A stretch of DNA of 57,897 bases from a virus (lineage: Duplodnaviria > Caudoviricetes). Below the pieces are notes generated by a model. That model was not told where the DNA came from, did no database searches, and was given only the letters and a program-made list of their open reading frames with translations. Below, in pieces: positions 9,557 to 19,597 of this stretch (position 1 is the first letter of the stretch; every line of letters starts with the position of its first letter). A program made the translations under genes and the position numbers. The stretch lies in the IMG/VR virus record IMGVR_UViG_3300045781_000130, positions 1 through 57,897 of that record. One strand, given 5' to 3'.

Positions 9557-9892
9557 ATGAGCAAATTCAGGGCAGTTATTTTCGAGGACATGGAATTTCC
9601 TCCTTACGTATTTCGGGAGTACCCGAAGGTCATCGGATACGACCCAGCGGGGAACCCTATTACTGTGGCGAGTGCTGCAGAGGAACTTTCTTATGCGGAT
9701 AGGATCTCCTCCGGTGATGTGAAAATTGCCAAGGAAGAAGCTCTTGCTGCGGAGAAAAATCTCCTCGCAGCGAAGAATGATGAACTGCAGGATAAAGTGG
9801 CGGCGCTGGAAGCGAAATTGGCTGCCTTGGCTACCAAGGAACCCCCGAAACCTGAGGTGAGTCTGGCAAGCCTCACTGCAAAGTCCAAGTAA
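9557..9892 (+). CDS. Hypothetical virion-associated protein
   Basis: EYPK motif plus coiled coil; RBS AGGAG. Confidence 0.65.
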   Translation: MSKFRAVIFEDMEFPPYVFREYPKVIGYDPAGNPITVASAAEELSYADRISSGDVKIAKEEALAAEKNLLAAKNDELQDKVAALEAKLAALATKEPPKPEVSLASLTAKSK

Positions 9893-9904
9893 AGGTTCTG
9901 CCCC

Positions 9905-10681
9905 ATGACCACGCCACTGGATATTATTACCCAAGCTTTGAAAGAAGTTGGCGCGCTTGGTCAGGGGCAGACTGCCGCTCCTGTTGACGTGAATGATGCT
10001 TTTTTGAAGCTTAACTGGATGCTTAGCCAGTGGCAGCGAAAAAGGTATCTTGTATATCATTTGGTGGAACTCTCTTTTGTTTGTACTGGGGCGCAAAGTT
10101 ATTCCATCGGGCAAGGGGGGAATTTTTCTTACTCTGCCGGGGATTTTAATTCAGATTTTAATTCAGATTTTTCGGGAGGAGGAGGGGCACTCGCAGCTAC
10201 CAATCGCCCTGCGAAGATTGAGTCAGCGTTTGTCCGCCAACTTTCTGGAATGGTGGATTACCCACTGACTATGATTAGCTCCAAAGAGGACTACGATCAC
10301 ATCGCTTTAAAAACTTTGTCATCTTGGCCCTCTCATTTGTACTATGATGCTGCGTGGCCGATTGGATGGTTATACCCTTGGCCAGTTCCATTGGCAAATA
10401 TTTACGAGCTGCATGTCACTATTGTCGCTCAACTTAGTCAATTCAACTCACTAACCCAAATTATCTCTTTGCCGCCGGAGTATTTTGCTGCGATATTTTA
10501 TAATCTCGCGGTAAGGCTCTATCCCTCGTACACGACTCAGCCAAACCCTATCACCATAGCAATGGCGAAGGATTCTCTTAATGTGCTGAGAATGAGTAAT
10601 TCTCGCATAGCTAATCTCCGGATGCCTGTTGATCTGGTGCGCCCGGGAGTCTACAACCCATACTCAGATCAAGTGAGGTAA
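9905..10681 (+). CDS. Head-tail adaptor, P22 gp4-like
   Basis: MTTPLDIITQALKEVG..LNWMLSQW, LPPEY..YNLAVRL; gene position; contains a GDFNSDFNSDF insert. Confidence 0.7.
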   Translation: MTTPLDIITQALKEVGALGQGQTAAPVDVNDAFLKLNWMLSQWQRKRYLVYHLVELSFVCTGAQSYSIGQGGNFSYSAGDFNSDFNSDFSGGGGALAATNRPAKIESAFVRQLSGMVDYPLTMISSKEDYDHIALKTLSSWPSHLYYDAAWPIGWLYPWPVPLANIYELHVTIVAQLSQFNSLTQIISLPPEYFAAIFYNLAVRLYPSYTTQPNPITIAMAKDSLNVLRMSNSRIANLRMPVDLVRPGVYNPYSDQVR

Positions 10682-10685
10682 GGCT

Positions 10686-11075
10686 ATGACGACTTCGCAA
10701 ACTTTTCAGCCCGGCTTCCGTCTTATTGATGGGAATGATTTGAATAATGCTCTTGCCATTGACGGCGGGAGTTATCAGGGAGGTATCGTAGCTGCGGCTG
10801 GCGGGGGGCAGACCAATGCGACATTGCTCACGAGTTCCTATAACTCCGTGGACACTGTGGTCTCCGCAAACGACTCGGTGAAGCTTCCGCCCTCCAAACC
10901 TGGTACCAGTACTACTATCATTAACACCTCGGCCAACGCTACGCAGGTTTTTGGTAGTGGCACTGATACCATCAATGCTGTGGCGTATGCAACTGGGGTA
11001 TCGCAGGCGGCTGGTAAGGTTGCCAGTTATTTCTGCGTAGTCCCTGGTAAGTGGTTTCGGCAGTTGAGCGCTTAA
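10686..11075 (+). CDS. Small virion decoration/fibre-like protein
   Basis: DSVKLP..I.N..V...DTIN beta-sandwich pattern; position in the structural operon. Confidence 0.5.
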   Translation: MTTSQTFQPGFRLIDGNDLNNALAIDGGSYQGGIVAAAGGGQTNATLLTSSYNSVDTVVSANDSVKLPPSKPGTSTTIINTSANATQVFGSGTDTINAVAYATGVSQAAGKVASYFCVVPGKWFRQLSA

Positions 11076-11076
11076 T

Positions 11077-12513
11077 ATGGCAATGAAAAGGATTCAGCTT
11101 CTTGGTGGAGCTTATGTAACGAAGGGCCTCATTGCTGATGCCCAGCGTTGCGTAAACTTGTTCCCAGAAAAGAATCCGCAAGATGCAGAGGCCCCGGTGA
11201 CGCACTACCCTACACCGGGGCTAACTCTTATCGTGCCTGGGCCTAGCCAGGCCCCAGTGCGAGGGCTTTATTTTGCGAATAATAATAAACTTTATGCTGT
11301 GATTGGTGACAGTGTTTATTATATCGACGTGAATTATGTTATCCATCTCTTAGGGACAATCCCGTTTAACTTCAGTATGGTCTCTTTTGTGGACAATGGG
11401 ACTACGTTGGTACTGGTCGTAGGATCGACGACTGGGTATGAGATAACCCTCGCCACAGATGCTTTTGCTCAAATAACTGATCCTAATTTCTTTGGCGGAG
11501 ATAAAGTCGATTACATTGACACTTTTTTGGTGAGTAATATCACAGGGACACAGAGTTTTATCTCCTCCCTTTCTAACTCAGTTTCCTGGGATGCACTTTA
11601 TATCGCGAATAAAACTGCATCGGCAGACTTGCTTGTGACGCTTGTAGTGGTCCATAGGGAAATTTGGCTGTTTGGGGAGTTCACCAGCGAAGTTTGGTAT
11701 GACGCAGGAAATGCTGGATTTCCTTTCGCCCTTGTCCCTGGAGTAATGATCCAACACGGTTGTGCTGCGGTATACTCGGTACAAGCAAATGCTCAGGCAT
11801 GTTACTGGTTGTCGCAGGATAAGAATGGCAAAGCTTTTGTCATGAAAGGTCAGGCTTATCAGGCCGCTCCAATTTCCACTCCAGCTATAGTGCAGGAGTT
11901 TTCCAAATATGCTACAATCTCTGACGCGATTGCTTATATGTATCAGCAAGATGGTCATATTTTCTATGTTTTGAATTTTCCAACTGCGGATAAAACTTGG
12001 GTTTATGATCTTACCGCAGATACGTGGCATCAGAGAGTCTGGAGAGACTCTGATGGGGAGGAGCATAGGCATAGAGCGCAGTGCCATGTGTATGCTTATG
12101 GGAAAAATATTGTCGGAGATTGGGAGAATGGAAATATTTATATTCTCGATCAAACAGTCTACACTGATAATGGAGTAACGATTGAACGCAGAAGAAGTAT
12201 GCCACATATCTCCTCCAATGGGAAGAGAGTTGCTCATGCACAGTTTATTGCGGATATTGAGACTGGGGAGTATCAACCAGTGAACGCTGGTGATCCAGAT
12301 CCATTGATTTCACTTCGTTGGAGTGATGATAGAGGGAAATCCTGGGGGAATCCCGTTACCATGCCCCTCGGTACTTTGGGGCAGTTTCTCACTCAGCCTT
12401 CATGGAGGAGGCTTGGAATTACACGAGACCGAGTGTATGAGATTTTTTGGGATGTGCCAGGGCCATGTGCACTAAACGGGGCTTGGCTTGATGCAACGGA
12501 ACTTGGTACATGA
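11077..12513 (+). CDS. Tail hub / DNA stabilisation protein, P22 gp10-like
   Basis: QRCVNLFPE, PTPGL, GCAA, YQQDGHIFYVL, SDDRGKSWGN. Confidence 0.85.
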   Translation: MAMKRIQLLGGAYVTKGLIADAQRCVNLFPEKNPQDAEAPVTHYPTPGLTLIVPGPSQAPVRGLYFANNNKLYAVIGDSVYYIDVNYVIHLLGTIPFNFSMVSFVDNGTTLVLVVGSTTGYEITLATDAFAQITDPNFFGGDKVDYIDTFLVSNITGTQSFISSLSNSVSWDALYIANKTASADLLVTLVVVHREIWLFGEFTSEVWYDAGNAGFPFALVPGVMIQHGCAAVYSVQANAQACYWLSQDKNGKAFVMKGQAYQAAPISTPAIVQEFSKYATISDAIAYMYQQDGHIFYVLNFPTADKTWVYDLTADTWHQRVWRDSDGEEHRHRAQCHVYAYGKNIVGDWENGNIYILDQTVYTDNGVTIERRRSMPHISSNGKRVAHAQFIADIETGEYQPVNAGDPDPLISLRWSDDRGKSWGNPVTMPLGTLGQFLTQPSWRRLGITRDRVYEIFWDVPGPCALNGAWLDATELGT

Positions 12514-12812
12514 TACCTTTTCCCAATACCTCAGCAATTCTTGTCGACCAGAATGGTTTACTTACTCAAGTTTGGGTGAAGTTTTTACAAAAACTAGCCG
12601 GGGTAGCGCTTGGGACTGGGAATATTGTTTTAAGTGCTACTGCCCCGCAAGGGGCTTTACCTTGTTCTGGAGGGACTTATTTGCGGGTGACGTACTCAGC
12701 CCTTTGGGCAGGGGCACAAGGATTTCTTGGTCCTGGGGATGGGAGTACAACCTTCACGGTGCCGAATGTAGTCAGTCCGCACGCAGGACTCACATATTAT
12801 ATAATGACATAA
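12510..12812 (+). CDS. Small tail-collar-domain protein
   Basis: PQGALPCSG...TYSALW...GDGSTTFTVPN. Confidence 0.7.
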   Translation: MIPFPNTSAILVDQNGLLTQVWVKFLQKLAGVALGTGNIVLSATAPQGALPCSGGTYLRVTYSALWAGAQGFLGPGDGSTTFTVPNVVSPHAGLTYYIMT

Positions 12813-12821
12813 GGAGCAGTT

Positions 12822-13274
12822 ATGTCGATCGTGTTTCAGGAAGAAGGCTGGGAGGCCTTTTACAAAGATTGTCAAGACTTATGGAAACTTCATTATCAAG
12901 AGATCGCTTCGGACAAGGAAAGAAAAAAACTTTCTGCTGACACCACCCGTTTTCAAAGTCTCGAAGCGTGTGGTCAGTTATATATCTTGACTGCAAGAAA
13001 AGATGGAGTCATGGTAGGTTACGTGGTCGCAGCTATTTGCTACCATCCCCATTTCTCTGAGATTCTGTGTGCTTTCGAGGATATGTATTTTCTAGCTCCG
13101 GGAAGCCGTGGAGCTAGAGTGGGGATGAGAATGGTTAAGAGAGCCTTGACTGGTATGAAAGCTCGCGGAGCGCAGATGGCTTTCTTCCACACCAAGGATT
13201 ACAAAAATAATGGAAGGCTGCTCACAGCATGTGGGCTAGGATTGAGTGACCATATTCACTCTGGCTGGCTGTAG
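12822..13274 (+). CDS. GNAT-family acetyltransferase-like protein
   Basis: MVGYVV, DMYFLAPGSRGARVG motif A; typical position before the ejection genes. Confidence 0.7.
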   Translation: MSIVFQEEGWEAFYKDCQDLWKLHYQEIASDKERKKLSADTTRFQSLEACGQLYILTARKDGVMVGYVVAAICYHPHFSEILCAFEDMYFLAPGSRGARVGMRMVKRALTGMKARGAQMAFFHTKDYKNNGRLLTACGLGLSDHIHSGWL

Positions 13275-13283
13275 GAGTCACTC

Positions 13284-14039
13284 ATGGGCATCGGTGCGAT
13301 TATTGGAGGGGTAAGTGCCCTCGGTGGGAGTTTGATTAACTCCAATGCTTCGCAGCAGGCTTCGCAGGCGCAAGTTCAAGCGCAGCAACAAGCCCTGGCC
13401 CTGCAGCAAAAGATGTTTAATACTGATCAGGCGAATTTGGCGCCTTACATGGCGCAGGGGCAATTTGCTCAAAGTCAGTTGAATGCGAGGCTTCCTGCAC
13501 TTACTGCGCAGTTCAACCCCTCAGATCTGCAAAACACCCCTGGGTATCAGTTTACCTTGGGGCAAGGGCTCCAGGCAACGCAGAATGGCTTTGCAGCTCA
13601 GGGACTGGGAAGTTCCGGGGCAGCGATCAAAGGGGCAGGACAGTACGCGACGGGTCTGGCCCAGTCCACTTATAATCAGCAATTGCAGAATTATCTTGCC
13701 CAGAACCAACAAACCTACAACATGCTTGCAGGGCAACAGGGGGTTGGGTTAAATGCTGCGACTGGGCTTGGATCTCTTGGGAACGCTTTGACTGGACAGT
13801 CGAGTAACTCCCTTACCAATATGGGCAATGCCCAGGCCTCAGGAATACTTGGCAGTGCCAATGCACTCTCCGGAGGTCTAACTAGCGGAGCAAATTCTCT
13901 CGCCCAGTACAACATGCTGAACCAACTTCAAGGGAATGGAAGTTTGTTTAGCAATCTCGCTGGGTATAATACTTCCTTGGCGAACTTACCAAATACCATC
14001 AGCATTGGCGCTTTTGGCAACAACAGTATCTTCGGTTGA
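13284..14039 (+). CDS. DNA ejection protein (gp7-like)
   Basis: Gly/Ala/Gln-rich, hydrophobic N-terminus, TPGYQF, SGAAIK. Confidence 0.75.
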   Translation: MGIGAIIGGVSALGGSLINSNASQQASQAQVQAQQQALALQQKMFNTDQANLAPYMAQGQFAQSQLNARLPALTAQFNPSDLQNTPGYQFTLGQGLQATQNGFAAQGLGSSGAAIKGAGQYATGLAQSTYNQQLQNYLAQNQQTYNMLAGQQGVGLNAATGLGSLGNALTGQSSNSLTNMGNAQASGILGSANALSGGLTSGANSLAQYNMLNQLQGNGSLFSNLAGYNTSLANLPNTISIGAFGNNSIFG

Positions 14040-14049
14040 GGAGTGAATA

Positions 14050-15537
14050 ATGGCTGACGTCCCGGCTCCCCAGTATCCACAGCAAGCTCCTCAGCAGGAC
14101 AATCCTCTTGCTGCAATGGGGCAGGCTGTTAATGTCGCCCAGGGCAGCATGAATATCATGCAGCAGCATATGATGCTGCAAGGCAAGATGGCGCTTGGGC
14201 CGATTATGCAGCAAGCGGTAGACCCTCAGACTGGGCACTTGGATTATGACAAAGCTTTTGTGCTTATGAGTGCGGACCCTAGGACCGCTTTCATGGCTCC
14301 GGATTTCCTTGCCCAGGGAGTGCAGAAGCGGCTTACTGAGACTCAGACTGCGGGGGCTATGCTTGATACTCATTTGAAAGCTCAAAAGGTTGTTGGAAAT
14401 GAATTAGCTGGATTGCTTGCTGAGGGCGCGCAGAATGGAAATTCTATTGATCCCGCGAAAGTCAGCGCAGCTGCTATGTCTATAGCTCGTGGTCCTTATG
14501 GAAATATTCTTTTTCCTAATGGGGCTCAAGATGTAATGAAAATGATTCCCTCTGTGCCGAAGGATGGGAAAAGCGTTTACAACCTAGTGCAACAAATGGC
14601 CCTGCGCGCGGCTGGAAGTGAAAAATCTTTGGAGGAGGTTAATAACCATCTTCTGACGATTAATAAAGGCGGGCAGCAAGAAATTCATAATGTCGGACTT
14701 GGCCAGGATAGGATCCAAGGGACTATTATAAATACTCCGACTGTGGAGCAAAGAAACACTCCAGTTACCACCCTCAACGCCAAAGGTGGAGAGCAGATTA
14801 CTCCTCGTGGAGCGACTCTGGGCCTTCCGATGCTGGACGGGGCTGGCCAACCAATTCAAGGCTCAGGTGCTCCCGGTGCTGCTCCACCCGGTGGGGCACC
14901 TGCGGGGATGGAGGGGAATCCTCCCTCCCCTCCATCCCCACCCACTACAAAACTTGGGCCAGTGGAGCAAGGGTTGCTGCAGGAAGATGTGGATTTTAAT
15001 AAGAGTAAACAGAAGGATCTTAGTGAGGCTGTAGCCCACGCGACGCAGATGAAATTGAACTTGCAGGAAGCTGCCTTGACTTTGAAAGATATAAAACCCG
15101 GTCCTGGCGGTTCTATGCGTCAGTCGATTGGGCAGTTTCTGGCTGCTGCTGGAGCGGACAAGGATGTTGTGGATGGGGTCTCTAATGGATCTCTTTCAGC
15201 TTCGCAAGAATTTGCCAAACTTATGCTGCAAATCGCGACCAGTAATATGGCGTCGCAGCTTAAAGGTGGCGGGCGGTTTACGAACGCGGAGTTTGAGAGT
15301 TTTATCAAGGCCAACCCGAACCTTGACATGGACCCTCAGGCTATCCAAAAAATGCTCGCATTCTACAATCGCCAGGCGAACCTTACGTTCGCTGAGAACG
15401 ATGATTATAAGAACTACAGAAACGCAGCTCGCAAAGACCCAAATTTGCACCTGCAGGACTACGACGCGCACTGGCAGCAGCAGTTGTTGAAGCATGGTAT
15501 TCTCAAGCCCAACCCTGATTTTGCTAGTAGGGGATGA
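14050..15537 (+). CDS. DNA ejection protein (gp20-like)
   Basis: Gene position; helical Gln/Ala-rich sequence. Confidence 0.6.
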   Translation: MADVPAPQYPQQAPQQDNPLAAMGQAVNVAQGSMNIMQQHMMLQGKMALGPIMQQAVDPQTGHLDYDKAFVLMSADPRTAFMAPDFLAQGVQKRLTETQTAGAMLDTHLKAQKVVGNELAGLLAEGAQNGNSIDPAKVSAAAMSIARGPYGNILFPNGAQDVMKMIPSVPKDGKSVYNLVQQMALRAAGSEKSLEEVNNHLLTINKGGQQEIHNVGLGQDRIQGTIINTPTVEQRNTPVTTLNAKGGEQITPRGATLGLPMLDGAGQPIQGSGAPGAAPPGGAPAGMEGNPPSPPSPPTTKLGPVEQGLLQEDVDFNKSKQKDLSEAVAHATQMKLNLQEAALTLKDIKPGPGGSMRQSIGQFLAAAGADKDVVDGVSNGSLSASQEFAKLMLQIATSNMASQLKGGGRFTNAEFESFIKANPNLDMDPQAIQKMLAFYNRQANLTFAENDDYKNYRNAARKDPNLHLQDYDAHWQQQLLKHGILKPNPDFASRG

Positions 15538-15541
15538 AATA

Positions 15542-18088
15542 ATGGAAAACTACCAGCAAGCCCTCCTTGATGCCATTGCTGCGCCTGAGTCCAAAGGTCA
15601 GTATAATATCCGGTATGGTGGACCTGACGGCTCGAAGTATTTCACTGGTTATGACGATCATCCGAGGATTAAAGAAAAAACTGGAGATAAGACCTCTGAC
15701 GCAGCGGGACGGTATCAGTTTCTTAGCAGCACCTGGGATGGGCTTGGTGGTGGAGCTTTTACGCCAGCTAACCAGGATATGCGTGCTTGGCAGTTGGCGG
15801 ACAGAGACTATCGGGCGAGGACAGGGCAGGATCTGGCTACGGTGTTGCAGTCTAAGGGACTGACCAAAGATGTGCTTAATACCCTTGCGCCAACCTGGAC
15901 TGGTCTCGGGACTGATCCAAATAGTGCTCTTGCAGCGTACAATGCTACGCTGCAGGGCAAACCTATTGTTCCTAACTCTGGTGGAGTTGAGGGAGAGGGA
16001 AACCCACCTTCCATGGAACTCTCCTACAACCCTTCCTCCTCTGCAAAATCTGCATTGCAGAAATACGGCCTGATTGAAGGGGCACTGGGAGACCTCCCAC
16101 AAATTACCGGAAGCAAGGCATCTCTCCCTGGGGATGATCTCTCTCAACACGCCGCGCAGGTTCTTGGGAACTATGGCCTGATTCCCCAGAGCATCAATGG
16201 GGTTAACCCTGACCCTATGAAAACTGGGGGAGCCTATGACTCTCAAGGCCACCTGGTAGTCGGTGGGGCTCCTTTCACGCAGAATGCTGACTGGGGCCTC
16301 GGCCAGATGGGGGCGAATGGCGTACTAGCTGGGCTTGGAGCCAAAGCCGCGGCGCTTGCAAAACTCGCGCAGTTGAGACTCTCTGGCCAAACTCTCCCTG
16401 ATAATGCCTATGACCAACTGGTAAGTGCTGGGCAAGGGGCCAGAAAACAAGAACTTGCTGCCCATCCTATCGCCGCGCCCCTCGCGGAGGCGGCAGGAAC
16501 TGTGGTGCCAACGGTAGCTGCTGGACTGGGCGCCGGGGCGGTGGCAAGGGGAGTGGGAGGGGTAGCGACGCGCCTGGCGGCCCCTACGGCAAAAGCAGTT
16601 GCTGATGGAACTTTAGCTGCGGATGCAAGTTTAGCTGCGCGAGTTGCGCCAAAAGTCGCGCCTACCCTCAATGCCGCAGGGGAATTCCTTGGTGGGACTG
16701 CTGGTGGACCTGCGTCCTCGTTTGGGTTTCCAGCAGGTGGCATTGGTTGGGGAAATGCCATTCTTAGCAATGCATCTAGGGGCGTTTCGGGGGCGGTACA
16801 AGGCGATTTAGCCGGACATGTGCTAGGGGGGTTGCAAGACCCTAATGACCCTATGAACGCCGCTTTGGGCGCGGGCGCAAACATGCTCCTTGGTCCTCTT
16901 GGCTCCAAGGTTATCTCCCCATTCCGCGCCGCTGTAACTCCAGAAACCCGCGATGTAGCGAATAGGCTTATCGGGCAAGGAGTGGATGTTAGGGGTGGGC
17001 AGATTGCATCCTCCCCGGCGATTAAAGCTTTGGACTCCGCGAATGTTTCCCCAGAACTCAAGCAGCAACAACTGGAGTCCTTGACTCGAGCCGCAGGAGC
17101 TCAAATTAATGCTGATACTGTAATGGATGGTTTAGGTACAAAAGGTTTCACGCCAGATGTACTGAAAAAAGTCAACGGAGATATTGGAGCAGAATTTAAT
17201 AATATTGCTGCTCACACAAAAATAGATTTGACTGCTCCAGATGCAAATGGGCAAAGTATTTACAATAAACTTGATGATATGAAAAAACGTGTTTTAAGTG
17301 GGTCTGTTGATGATTCAGAGTCTAAAAAAATTCTTAAAGCCATAGATCAAATTGAAACGCAGGGGCTTATCAACAATCACCAAATTGATGGAGATACATA
17401 TCAATTCCTCACTAAAGAGGAAGGGCCAGTCAAACAATTAAGAGATGATAATAACTCTTGGGTACAGGGTTATGGTAAAAAACTTCATGGTATGCTTATT
17501 GATGGATTGGATGCTAGTTCTCCTCCAGAATATAAAGGAGCTATTTCTGACGTCAGATCTAGATATATGAAACTGCAAATGATTGAAGATGCTATGAAAG
17601 GTGGGGCAAACTCAGGACTGGTAGACCCAGTAAAGCTCAAGAGTGCGATTTATAGAGCTTATGGAGACTTCCCGCCACCTGACCTTGATGCTCTCGCCCG
17701 TGCAGCTAACCTTGGGTTTTCGCGCCCAGCACTCGAATCTGGAATTAAGGAAGGGGCAAAGCCTTCGCCAGGATTGTGGGCTAGTCTCACCTCCCATGCT
17801 GGACCTGCAGGAGTTGGAGCTGGCGCGGCAATGCTTGGGGATCACTTTGGTCCTCATTTTCTTTCCGCTATAGCAGACAATCCACTTGCTGCAGGAATAC
17901 CTATCGGTGGCGCAGCATTAAATGTTGGCATGAATATGCTTGCAAATGGAGTACGGAGCAAAGTGATGCAGTCTCCAGGATACACCAATTTTCTTCTTGG
18001 AGGGGGCAAAGTCCCTCCTCTCCCAAATCCCCTTATCGGTCCTGCCACGCAACTTCGGAGTGACATCTATGCCCCGCCTCGTAAATAA
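15542..18088 (+). CDS. Large ejection protein with an N-terminal lambda-type lysozyme domain
   Basis: LDAIAAPES, YNIRYGG, HPR, AAGRYQFLSSTW, FTPANQD, WTGL. Confidence 0.75.
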   Translation: MENYQQALLDAIAAPESKGQYNIRYGGPDGSKYFTGYDDHPRIKEKTGDKTSDAAGRYQFLSSTWDGLGGGAFTPANQDMRAWQLADRDYRARTGQDLATVLQSKGLTKDVLNTLAPTWTGLGTDPNSALAAYNATLQGKPIVPNSGGVEGEGNPPSMELSYNPSSSAKSALQKYGLIEGALGDLPQITGSKASLPGDDLSQHAAQVLGNYGLIPQSINGVNPDPMKTGGAYDSQGHLVVGGAPFTQNADWGLGQMGANGVLAGLGAKAAALAKLAQLRLSGQTLPDNAYDQLVSAGQGARKQELAAHPIAAPLAEAAGTVVPTVAAGLGAGAVARGVGGVATRLAAPTAKAVADGTLAADASLAARVAPKVAPTLNAAGEFLGGTAGGPASSFGFPAGGIGWGNAILSNASRGVSGAVQGDLAGHVLGGLQDPNDPMNAALGAGANMLLGPLGSKVISPFRAAVTPETRDVANRLIGQGVDVRGGQIASSPAIKALDSANVSPELKQQQLESLTRAAGAQINADTVMDGLGTKGFTPDVLKKVNGDIGAEFNNIAAHTKIDLTAPDANGQSIYNKLDDMKKRVLSGSVDDSESKKILKAIDQIETQGLINNHQIDGDTYQFLTKEEGPVKQLRDDNNSWVQGYGKKLHGMLIDGLDASSPPEYKGAISDVRSRYMKLQMIEDAMKGGANSGLVDPVKLKSAIYRAYGDFPPPDLDALARAANLGFSRPALESGIKEGAKPSPGLWASLTSHAGPAGVGAGAAMLGDHFGPHFLSAIADNPLAAGIPIGGAALNVGMNMLANGVRSKVMQSPGYTNFLLGGGKVPPLPNPLIGPATQLRSDIYAPPRK

Positions 18089-19355
18089 ATGTCTAGGTAT
18101 CCTGGTTGGACTCTGTCTTGCAGTAAGTGCTCATGCTGCCACACTTCTCCCGAATGGGAAGCAGGTCTTTTTCAATGGGAATGGTCAGCCTCTTTCTGGA
18201 GGGAAAGTAACTTTTTACATCCCCTCTACCACGACGTACAAAACTACCTGGCAAGACTCCAGTGGTACCATTCCCAATTCCAACCCCGTGGTGCTGGATT
18301 CCAATGGCTCTGCCATTATTTATGGTTCAGGAATTTACCGAGAGGTTGTGACTGATGCTCTTGGGAATTTAATTTGGGATCAGCTTACTGCTGATACTTC
18401 CCAGGGTACCGAGTCTTATTCCTGGGGAGGACTTTCTGCTGGGACTCCAAATGCCCAGACAGTCAGTGTTGCAACATTTTCCTCCACTGCAGGGCAGATC
18501 ATAGCTTTTAAAGCTTATGCCTCTAATACTGGAGCATTTACCCTCAAGCCTTCGGTCCTGGGTGCAATCGCAGTTTACAAAGATACCTCTGCCGGGCCAG
18601 TACCTCTTTCTGGCGGGGAGATTATAGCTGGCAATACGGTGCAACTTATCTATGATGCAAGTCTTAGTGGTTTTCACCTTGTTAATTATCCGTCAGGTTC
18701 GCAGTCTTTTCTTTCTATAAATGCTGCAGCTATTACCGATCTAGGAACTGTAGGGAGTTCTAATGTTTATATAACTGGAACAAGTACTGTTTGGGGTTTT
18801 GGCTCAAGTGCTTCTACTACTTCTCCTGTGTATAGGATCTTAATGCAGGGAGTGGTTACGCTGATGAACAGCACTAACCTTAGCCTCCCTGGTGGAGGAT
18901 ATATTATCACCCAAGCTGGTGATAGTTTTGTAGCTGTGTATACTGGAAGTGGAACTTGGCAAGTGACTTCTTACACCCGCCAGGCGGATACCCCATTTGT
19001 CCCTTCTGGAGCTGTGATGGCTTTTAATCTTGCGTCCTGCCCAGCTGGATGGAGTGCTGCAAATGGAAGTGGAGGGACAGTGAACTTGGTTGGGTATTTT
19101 ATTCGTGGGCTAGATGCCACAGGCGCAGTGGACCCAACGCCAAGGGCACTCGGGAGTGTGGAAGCTCATGCATTGCAGGATCACTCGCATAGTATCTCAC
19201 CTAGTTCTGTCCTGGTTAGTGGAGGATCTTATCTTGGGGGAGGTTCGATTGGATTTAGCCCCGGAACAATCAGTGTCGGTAATATGCACACAGGTAATGC
19301 CGCCTCTGAAACTCGGCCAGTCAATGTGGCCTTGCTTTACTGTCAGAAAAACTAA
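18069..19355 (+). CDS. Tail fibre (anchor domain plus tail collar) with a signal peptide
   Basis: RBS GGAG; MPRLVNKCLGILVGLCLAVSAHA|ATLLPNGKQ..NGQPLSGGKV..NPVVLDSNG; collar motifs VPSGAVMAF..PAGW..GYFIRG..ETRPVNVALLYC. Confidence 0.8.
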   Translation: MPRLVNKCLGILVGLCLAVSAHAATLLPNGKQVFFNGNGQPLSGGKVTFYIPSTTTYKTTWQDSSGTIPNSNPVVLDSNGSAIIYGSGIYREVVTDALGNLIWDQLTADTSQGTESYSWGGLSAGTPNAQTVSVATFSSTAGQIIAFKAYASNTGAFTLKPSVLGAIAVYKDTSAGPVPLSGGEIIAGNTVQLIYDASLSGFHLVNYPSGSQSFLSINAAAITDLGTVGSSNVYITGTSTVWGFGSSASTTSPVYRILMQGVVTLMNSTNLSLPGGGYIITQAGDSFVAVYTGSGTWQVTSYTRQADTPFVPSGAVMAFNLASCPAGWSAANGSGGTVNLVGYFIRGLDATGAVDPTPRALGSVEAHALQDHSHSISPSSVLVSGGSYLGGGSIGFSPGTISVGNMHTGNAASETRPVNVALLYCQKN

Positions 19356-19366
19356 AGGAGACTAAC

Positions 19367-19597
19367 ATGTCGAATATTAGTAATGCCTTGCTCTCGTATG
19401 CTCTGCCCTGGGCGCTGGCGAGATTGAATGATAGGAATACCTGGGTGACCTGGATTGTGGCAGCTGCTGCACATTTTGGTGGAGTTATCAACCCGGAGTT
19501 CAATACACTCCTTGTGAATGTGGCGACAGGCATTGTGGTCATCATTGGCTACGCATATCAGGGTAAGCCGATTTTTACTGGAAAGGGCGTAAAATGA
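19367..19597 (+). CDS. Holin-like membrane protein
   Basis: ARLNDRNTW followed by hydrophobic segments; basic C-terminus. Confidence 0.5.
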   Translation: MSNISNALLSYALPWALARLNDRNTWVTWIVAAAAHFGGVINPEFNTLLVNVATGIVVIIGYAYQGKPIFTGKGVK

